Source: Octopus bimaculoides (lineage: Eukaryota). From it: a stretch of DNA of 55,298 nt. Positions 26,895-35,346 of the stretch are shown here, piece by piece (position 1 is the stretch's first letter; every line of letters starts with the position of its first letter). Under the pieces are notes generated by a model. It saw nothing but the letters and a program-made list of their open reading frames with translations, was not told where the DNA came from and made no database searches. The stretch is from positions 64,974,538 to 65,029,835 of the forward strand of contig NC_068986.1 in NCBI RefSeq assembly GCF_001194135.2. Direction: 5' to 3'. A program made the position numbers and the translations under genes.

Positions 26895-27364
26895 TCTCCC
26901 ACATGCACACACCTGTATATTTTGTCCAACGACGATGATGTTGATAAAGGTGATGATACATATAAACATACATATTCCTGTTCGAAAATATATCTCTCGT
27001 TGAGAGATTTATAAATAATAATGTTTCTATCAGTAATTGTGTATCACTTTGAAAACTATATATTTCCGAACGGGAGTTTGGCAGCGCCATCTCAGCCAGG
27101 CAGTTATTCTGTGCCGAGGAAGAGAAATAACCCAGAAACCGTGCTCCACACATATTGCTTTGGGCTGAGTGAGGGCGTTAAGCTCCCCTGTTCGAAAATA
27201 TAAGGACAAAGATGTGTGTCGTTTAGCCAGCTGGAGACAGTAACATTCATCCAAACCGGGATGTGTTATGCTGGAAAATAATCATTACTTTAAAGTTCTG
27301 TTTCTGTATGTCTCACGTTGAGAAATTTAGAAATTATAAAGTTTCTCTCTCTCTCTCTCTCTCG

Positions 27365-27424
<60 letters not shown>

Positions 27425-27903
27425 NNNNNNNNNNNNNNNNNNNNNNNNNNNNNNNNNNNNNNNNNNNNNNNNNNNNNNNNNNNNNNNNNNNNNNNNNNNN
27501 NNNNNNNNNNNNNNNNNNNNNNNNNNNNNNNNNACGTATCTTTTTGATCTGCGTAATATATAAGAGGAAATGCATCCAATTCGTAAGACCGTCCTCAGTT
27601 AAAACATTATATAAAATTTATTAAAAAAATTATTTAGCAGTCTTACGAATACTATGTATGATCTAGTGGTAATTTCTAGCGAGTTGTGCGACTACAAAGT
27701 GGCTCCGTTGTTGGTTTGCATTTTTGCAGTGAAAAAATGAGAGATTCCTTCAAGCCCAAATCCAGATTTTTCAAAAATCATCATGATGTGTGTAAATGAG
27801 TGTATAATAAAGTTATAGGATAATGTAGTCTTACAAACCTCTATAAAGGTGGAATGGCTAAGACTAAGACGCCTTTGATGAAAGGTCGGAACTAAATATC
27901 GAA

Positions 27904-28110
27904 GGCGGCGAGGTGGTACAGTTGTTTAGCTCGCCGGTCAAAATGCTCAGTGTCATTTCTTCTGGTTTTACGTTCTGAGTACAAATTCCGCAAAGGTTGA
28001 GTTTGCTTTCATCCTTTCGGAGTCAATAAAATAAAGTACCAGTCGAGCACTCGAATCGATGTAAACGACTAACACATTCCCCCAAAATTTCACGCCTGTG
28101 CATAATAACG
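27904..28110 (+). mobile_element. SINE family A copy
   Basis: ggcggcgaggtggtacag..gttctgagtacaaattccgc..tttcatcctttcggagtcaat..ccccaaaatttca. Confidence 0.75.
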
Positions 28111-30135
28111 TTATGTTTATAATGCTATGTAGAAACTGTAACACGACATGTACAGCGAATGAAGAGGCAATGATAGTTTAGGATGGTGTGAATATTGCAA
28201 TTTAAGTACAGATTCCGGGATTTTTTCTATTTTAAAAGACAATAATTATAACTTTTGTTTGTAGAAGATTCTCCGTGCAGGCTGCTCTTGTGCCTTGTAA
28301 AGTGTTATCACCACTTAGCAGTATAAAAAGTTTTCCATTAAAAAGGAAGTCTATAGTTTGGTGGGTACCATACTGATATTTATTCAAGCCGTATATGAAA
28401 CAAATAAACTGATTTATATTATAGTAAGCAATTATCACATACAATCTATGAAAACTAATTGGATATTGGTACATTACTAATTAATGACAACTCTGTAAGA
28501 TTAATGGTTCGTTTAAAACCTCACTTAAGAAACTTGCACCGAAATGATGCTTACTAATTAATAATATTCTTAACATTTCTCGTGGAAGCTATTTAAGCAT
28601 TTCTAGATACTAATTAACAACCCAAATGGAAGAATAATGGGTTCTAACTAGTGACACTTGACGAAATGAATCTGAAATATATAGCAGCCCCACACATCCT
28701 GAGGAACAATCCTAGTTTTTAATGGAAAAACTTTGGAAGATAAACTATAACGACAGTAAGTGATCCAAATGAATACTTCTAAATTATAACTAGTGTTATG
28801 TAAAGACCTAAGTTATACAAACTAAATGCATGTTTCTAAATCCCAACTAAAACCGAGTATCATCTTCAGATGCTCGCTAAATAATAATTTCTTTTGAGCC
28901 AAATGAGCAGTGCTAGAACTTCAGGAAACACTAGCCATTGTAAGCTTAATGGATAATCCTAGAACAAAATTAGCAATCCTCCATAGAAGCTAGAAGGATT
29001 TTCCTAGAACCCAATAAATCAGTCCCTTTACAAGTCTAACGAGAGGTCTGAAAACTTAATCTGAAAGATAATCTGGACTAAAATATATCATCCAAGAACT
29101 CTGTAAATACCTCTTTTAATGCCAAATGGATTAACCCAAAATTTAATAAATATTCGTCTTCGACATTAAAATCAAAAACATTGCCTTAAAACCTAGTAAA
29201 ACCATCTTTTTGAAAACCAAGACAACCAGTCTCACAGTCTAATAAATGAATTATTGAAAACTGCTGCTGCAAGTCTCAACGAATGAAATAAATCCATATG
29301 AAAATCAAATTGATGGAAACGAGCCAAATAAATGTAAACTTTTGGAGGCGAGACTGAATGTTTTTGATGGTAATAAATGAACATTTTTAATCCAAAAGGA
29401 CAACATTAAAATATGATTAATTTCCTTTCCATGGAACCAAATATATAGTGTTTAATACTAATTAAAAAAAAAACGCAAAAAATACATCAAGACTCGTATA
29501 GGTTCTCAAATGTAAATTAATAACTCAATATAAAACAAACGGTTGTCCTAAGATCCCAATTAATAATTAATAATTAATAACAACCATTGTAGGATAAATA
29601 AACTGGACTACTAAAAGTCGAATTGCAAATTATAATTAATACTCGTCTCATCCCTCCCTTTATCAACCAGCTACAAGACTTTGGACCCTAATTAATAAAT
29701 CCATTTTGTACAAATTAGTAATCTGAGATGCAAATTAACAATTCTACATGCATTTCAAATTGATAGTTTTAACATCAGAATCCCTCCAACAACGAAGCCC
29801 AAGTGGATGGTACTAAATACTAATTAGTGGCCATCCAATCAAACCTGAATTAATGCAACCATATCCTAATTAATTGTTTCATTTGGTAAGGTAAAACAGA
29901 ACTGCTTTAAGAAATAGGATATTTCAAATTCCTATTTTCATCATTTATACATTTGTGGCTGGTGAGAAGTGAAATAATTTCGAGTCGAAATCAAAACCGA
30001 CTTTGCAGATTCAACACATTAGTGTATCTTTTGTTCCACGCATCGAAAGCCCTTATTTTAATTATTAAGAACTGCTAGAAGTCAAATGTATTGGCTGTGC
30101 GCAATTTAGCTACCCTGCAATCGAATATTGTAAAT

Positions 30136-30467
30136 CAGTGTTTCCCAAACTAATTCTGGGGCCGGCCGAAATAAATTCTCTTATTAAAATTCAATAAAAA
30201 TTTAGTTATATAAAAAAGGTATTCAACCATTTTAAAAACTATTGTTTATTTTATGGATAATGTTTATATCAAAATATTATTTTATGTAATATTTTACTCT
30301 TAGCTGGACAACCTTAAAACATATTTTAAAGACAAATTAGATTTGCGGTGCTTGTCAGTAAAATATTAGTTTGGGTACGGCAATTTTTTAAATAACATAT
30401 TAGGAGTTTTGTGATTTTTGAAAAATAGTACAAAGATTCCATGACGAAATAACTTTGGAAACCATTG
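30136..30467. mobile_element. hAT (Charlie-like) MITE
   Basis: Ends cagtgtttcccaaact ... actttggaaaccattg (imperfect TIRs), AT-rich interior. The 8-bp flanks do not match, so no TSD is retained. Confidence 0.5.
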
Positions 30468-30494
30468 TTACAGACTCTAAATATTTTCTTCTGA

Positions 30495-30625
30495 AATCCG
30501 TTGGCATGAGGCCAAAACTTGGTTATTTTGATTGAAACAATGTATCATTGGTACTTATTTTATTAACCTTTAAAAGGATGAAGGATGAAGTAGACCTCAG
30601 TCGGATTAGTGTAATACTCAGAAAT
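30495..30625 (-). mobile_element. SINE family A, very degenerate
   Basis: ggtacttattttattaacc..aaaggatgaagg..gtagacctcagtcggatt. Confidence 0.5.
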
Positions 30626-31469
30626 GAGACCAACAAAAAGCTATCGTTCTGTTTGGCACATAACTGTTTCCGCCAATTACAGCCCCTGCACCTCAAATTA
30701 TAACTGAATAATTCTCCCATCTTCCCACCAATTACTGTCTCCACGTGTCTGTCGGGTGGATAAACCGAAATGTTAGTTTAGAACTCTCTCTCCCCTCTGA
30801 AAGCCAAATGGATAGTTCCAAATGCAAATTGAATTGACAACATTTTCTGTAAATTGAAAAACAAAAAACATCAAAATAAAACAAACAAACAAGTAAATAA
30901 ATTACAATAAAGTACAATAAACAGTGATTTATCGAGAGTGATAAGTTGATTTTATATTCACGACACCTAATGTTTGAGAACGTCCGACTGACAACTTGAA
31001 TCTATTACTGGCTTAATGCTTTGGAAAGGAAAAAAATTATATACAGAGAAGAAAAGAATGGATGAAAAAGAAAAGAAAAGAAGTGAGGATTGAAGAAATG
31101 AATGTTGTAGAAAAGTAGAAAAGAAAAGAAGAGAACAATCAAACGGTAAACGAAGAAATGAAAACGCAAATTGCTTCTGTCTATGATTGAACATTTATCG
31201 ATATTATTATGTTTGAGCGATACAAACATGAAATTATATTTAAATTAATTCATCGCATTGCTTGCCGAGTCCAAACAAAGGACATTAAGAGAAAAGATTT
31301 GAATATTCATAATGAGAAATAAATAAATAACAATAATTTTGCGATAGTAAATAAATAAATAGGTAAATAAATAAGTTAAAAGAAAAATGAAACCTTGATA
31401 CGATTGAACTGGGTTGTTTCAGGGAATGGTAAATTTTAGCTGAATCATTGAAGGGCAGACTTAAGTTAG

Positions 31470-31595
31470 TTAACTTCATTCCTATAAGATGGTCATCTTA
31501 CATGATTGTGGAAGGGAGCTGTATTAAAGAATCCTTACAATTTTAACGAGCTAGAGGTCAAAGTTGAGGTAATGAATTTATTTGTTTGCTGATCC

Positions 31596-31647
<52 letters not shown>

Positions 31648-31870
31648 TTATAGCTCGGGAAGAAGATCTCTCCACTGTAAGAGATGGGGATGTGAAGATG
31701 TTAGCATAGTGAAATTGGTGGGGGCATAGGAATTAGAAGGGCGTACCGTAGACGTGGGCGGTGTCTTCAGTTTATAGAGGAAGATTACTTTGAATGAAAA
31801 GCGGAGGAAGTGTTATATTCGAAGTGATGGATGGGAAGTCTGAGCAGTAATGGTATTTTAGAAGCACTTT
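31470..31870 (-). mobile_element. Possible CR1-like LINE 3' relic interrupted by (AG)n
   Basis: The minus strand is C-rich and coding-like, with weak similarity to CR1 C-termini (HYANxF.., FKxxINK). Recognition is weak. Confidence 0.25.
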
Positions 31871-32064
31871 TAGAATTAAAAGATTGTCGAAAATTATGAT
31901 AATTATTACTATTTTTACTATTTTTCAGTAGTCTTATATTTTTATTGCATGATTTTACTGCATAACTGAAAGCTCTGTTTTGGGTACATGCAGTAGTCTG
32001 TCTTGATTTTGCGTTTGCTGTTACACTTAAAATTATCTAGGCAGACTACTACTACTACTACTAC

Positions 32065-32108
<44 letters not shown>

Positions 32109-32109
<1 letters not shown>

Positions 32110-32293
32110 AGCAGCGAGCTGGCTGAATCGTTAGCATAGTATTTTTCCCGTTGCTGAGTTCAAGCTCCACCGAGGTCAACTTTGTCTTTCATTTTTTTCG
32201 GAGTCGATAAATTAAGTAGCAGTTGAATACTGGGATCGATGTAGTCAACTAAACCCCTGCCACCAAAAATCAGGCCTTGTGCCTATCGTAGAA

Positions 32294-32344
<51 letters not shown>

Positions 32345-32345
32345 G
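32109..32345 (+). mobile_element. SINE family A with (ATT)n tail, inserted in a (CTA/TTA)n tract
   Basis: gcagcgagctggctgaatcgttagc..gagttcaagctccaccgaggtcaactttg..gccttgtgcctatcgtagaa(att)n; an internal deletion removes part of the head. Confidence 0.8.
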
Positions 32346-32833
32346 AGCGAGAGAGCTGTGCATGCTATCAAAGTAACACTAGGGTAAAATATACGAAGTC
32401 CCGTATAACCATCATAACTACCCGTCTGATAAGGGTACACCAAGAACATGCATCACAAACGTATGTGCACGACATGGTGATCTCATATCAAGATAAACAA
32501 CTTGCAGGTGGGGGCCCACTTAGAATTTTCTGCTGGTCGAGTAGCCCATCCCGCTGAAAAGGTCCCTGAATAACGGTTGTTTAAGGCTGATGAACAAAAC
32601 ACTTATGTTTCCAAAGTTGAATTATCCAAACTCCCAAAGAATTCCTCTTGACACATGGTTATGATGCTCCCCCACTACTTCTGCTCGTGATCATAGATGC
32701 ACATATCGTTAGCTACTAAGGAACATGCTCAACTGGTTACGGTCAAGCAACTGACAAGCAAATCTGTGGTATTAAGCAAAATATTCGCTGTAGACCATCT
32801 TTTATACCAAGACAAAACAATGTCTTGGTATAA
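32346..32833. mobile_element. Unclassified GC-richer interspersed-repeat-like segment ending in a perfect 13-bp hairpin
   Basis: Sharp compositional boundary after the (ATT)n tract. Hairpin ttataccaagaca-aaacaa-tgtcttggtataa at 32802-32833. Repeat status is recalled, not shown within the window. Confidence 0.35.
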
Positions 32834-33074
32834 CAATGGGATCTTTTTTAAAACGGGGGCCACATTTTTCATTAACGAAACACTTTGAAACTTGGAACAC
32901 TGGTAGAATGTCATATAAAACATCTTTTTCTCTTAGTCTTCTTAAAAAAAAAGAAATCCATAAGTTATTCCATGTTAAAGTTGTCGTATTTCTGTAATTT
33001 CAACCAATCACTGACGTCCATTCAGCCGGTATGCATTAAGTGCCGACTACATAAACAAACGATTCTGAAACAAT

Positions 33075-33118
33075 TAACCCTAACCCTAACCCTAACCCTA
33101 ACCCTAGGGTTAGGGTTA
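33075..33118. repeat. Interstitial telomere-type repeat (TAACCC)5-TA-(GGGTTA)2
   Basis: Read directly from the sequence; contains a perfect 26-bp palindrome at 33093-33118. Confidence 0.95.
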
Positions 33119-33646
33119 AAGCAAATTTAAAATGAAAAAAGCAAATAAAACGAAGGTATGGAGATTAAATACACTTTACATCGCTTAATCNNNNNNNNNN
33201 NNNNNNNNNNNNNNNNNNNNNNNNNNNNNNNNNNNNNNNNNNNNNNNNNNNNNNNNNNNNNNNNNNNNNNNNNNNNNNNNNNNNNNNNNNNNNNNNNNNN
33301 NNNNNNNNNNNNNNNNNNNNNNNNNNNNNNNNNNNNNNNNNNNNNNNNNNNNNNNNNNNNNNNNNNNNNNNNNNNNNNNNNNNNNNNNNNNNNNNNNNNN
33401 NNNNNNNNNNNNNNNNNNNNNNNNNNNNNNNNNNNNNNNNNNNNNNNNNNNNNNNNNNNNNNNNNNNNNNNNNNNNNNNNNNNNNNNNNNNNNNNNNNNN
33501 NNNNNNNNNNNNNNNNNNNNNNNNNNNNNNNNNNNNNNNNNNNNNNNNNNNNNNNNNNNNNNNNNNNNNNNNNNNNNNNNNNNNNNNNNNNNNNNNNNNN
33601 NNNNNNNNNNNNNNNNNNNNNNNNNNNNNNNNNNNNNNNNNNNNNN

Positions 33647-33935
33647 AACTCGGAATCTTGAGATTAGTAGCCCACGCTCTTAACCACTACGTCATATGCC
33701 CACGGGCATAACCCCAAGATCCCGAGTTCGATTCCAGGCAGTGACCTGAATAATAATAATAATAATGATAATAATAATAATAACATCAAAAAATACATTA
33801 GGAATGAGAACCAGGGTTCGAAATTTCCCCAAGACACCTGATGAAGGCTGGAAGGTATATCAGCAGAAACGTTGAGTTAACAATAAACAAGATGAGGACA
33901 AATATCCGTCAATTGTAAATAATGTAAATAATGTA
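33647..33935 (+). mobile_element. Chimeric element: tRNA-derived head (partly inverted), (AAT)n, and Penelope-type tail with hammerhead core
   Basis: Minus arm tgacgtagtggttaagagcgtgggctactaatctcaagattccgagtt (A box plus start of B box, running into the gap). Plus arm ccaagatcccgagttcgattcc (B box), then (AAT)n, then acacCTGATGAaggctg..cagcaGAAACgtt. Confidence 0.6.
33833..33878 (+). ncRNA. Minimal (Penelope-type, type I) hammerhead ribozyme motif, slightly mutated
   Basis: CUGAUGA at 33838-33844; stem II gcug/cagc around a 10-nt loop; GAAAC at 33866-33870 within the palindrome AACGUU; putative GUU cleavage triplet; stem I gacac/gaguu. Two positions deviate from ideal pairing. Confidence 0.6.
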
Positions 33936-34840
33936 GAATGAGAAATATTTTGCCTTTTTCACAGACAATACTATCTTAAGTGTAATTGTGTTTGCTAACA
34001 CCTGAATAAGTTCCTTCTGAAAGGTTAGTCCAGAATAATGCATTCGCGATTTATCTTCTTTTATTCTGCGTTCGTGTTCGACTAACACGGGATCAAAGAC
34101 GACTAACAACTCACTGAATTTAAGAAAATTTCAATTTTGCAAGACGTGCAAATGTTTACACCACTACTGCTCTTATTACGACGATCCAATATTTCTAAAA
34201 CTGTCTTCCTGTATTTCAGTTCCTTTCCAGTGCTTGACTCCCATTGCCATACCTTATTTCAATCTGTGTTCCAGTTTCTTCCATTTTTAATAATTAATAT
34301 GAATATATTTCTCATATCAGGCTAAAAGTGATGCCGTGTTGTATTAATCCCTACTGTTTTTTGTAACGCTATGCCCAAACTGCAAATAATTTGCAGCAGA
34401 AAATATATAGATATACTTTGTTATCTATATGTATCTTCTATTACCAATTTTACCATTAATACGATTTCGCTTATAAAAAATGGCTTAAGTATCGGTTCTT
34501 CAGCATTTATCTGACATATGTCTGATTATAAGACAACAGAACAATGTGGGTCTGATTGTGCTTGGGAAAATAAAGAAACGTTGATAAGTCGTTTTAATGT
34601 ATTTCGTTGGTGTTTTTACAGCAAAATGTTACTGAATATTAGATATATTATCAGTAAGATCTTGATACATATATCCGCTTCCTTATTTTTCCTGCAATGA
34701 ATATTCTCAGTATTCAAACTTCTGATTTCTTGATGCTTTCTATCTTGCTGCAGAAACTTGAAGAGAGTTCTAGTTTCTCCCTTTCTTTTTATTCTGCATT
34801 GCTATACCGAAACGAGAATCCATGCATTTTGTGCCTGCCA
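33930..34840 (-). mobile_element. hAT transposase relic of ZMYM1-like / TTF-zinc-finger / DUF4371 type (N-terminal half)
   Basis: Minus strand: YIFCCKLF (TTF zinc finger, about 34400), then ENFLKFSELLVVFDPVLVEHERRIKEDKSRMHYSG..QKELIQVLANTI..VKKAKYFS (ORF 33909-34109). Truncated at the neighbouring chimeric element. Confidence 0.75.
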
Positions 34841-35346
34841 TGTAAATTAATATATCAGAATCCCTCAACAATTAACAAAAACAACAATGTAAACAAGAAA
34901 GTTCTCATTGGTATGCAATCTCCATAGTACCTATCTTATTTATAAAAGCCCCCCCAAAAAATATCAAGTAAACCAAACATTGTTCTGTTCAAATGCAGCC
35001 TCCTTGTACATCATTATGAAAAGTTTCTACTTTTTGTGGCCACCAGATACATCAGAACCATTTGATGAGGCAGACCTTCATCAGATGAACAGAACGAAAA
35101 AATAAAGGAGAAAATCTCAGTAATAAGAGATGTTATATCTTTTAAAAGCAGTTATGTTCCTTATAGCTTTTTTCTGTTACTACATCAGCTATGTGGCTGA
35201 CGATATATGTCAGTCTAAAATTGGTTAAAGGGTTATAACTGGAATTTTATTATTGCGATGTAGATATAAAAACTTGTCAGTATAAACGCAATAGAATTTC
35301 TTTTGAAATTACATTACGAGAATCGGAGAATAATGGAAGTCTATGC

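Noticed and set aside
33075-33118. Ancient telomere fusion site
   Set aside because: The repeat polarity is opposite to a fusion scar and the array is very short.
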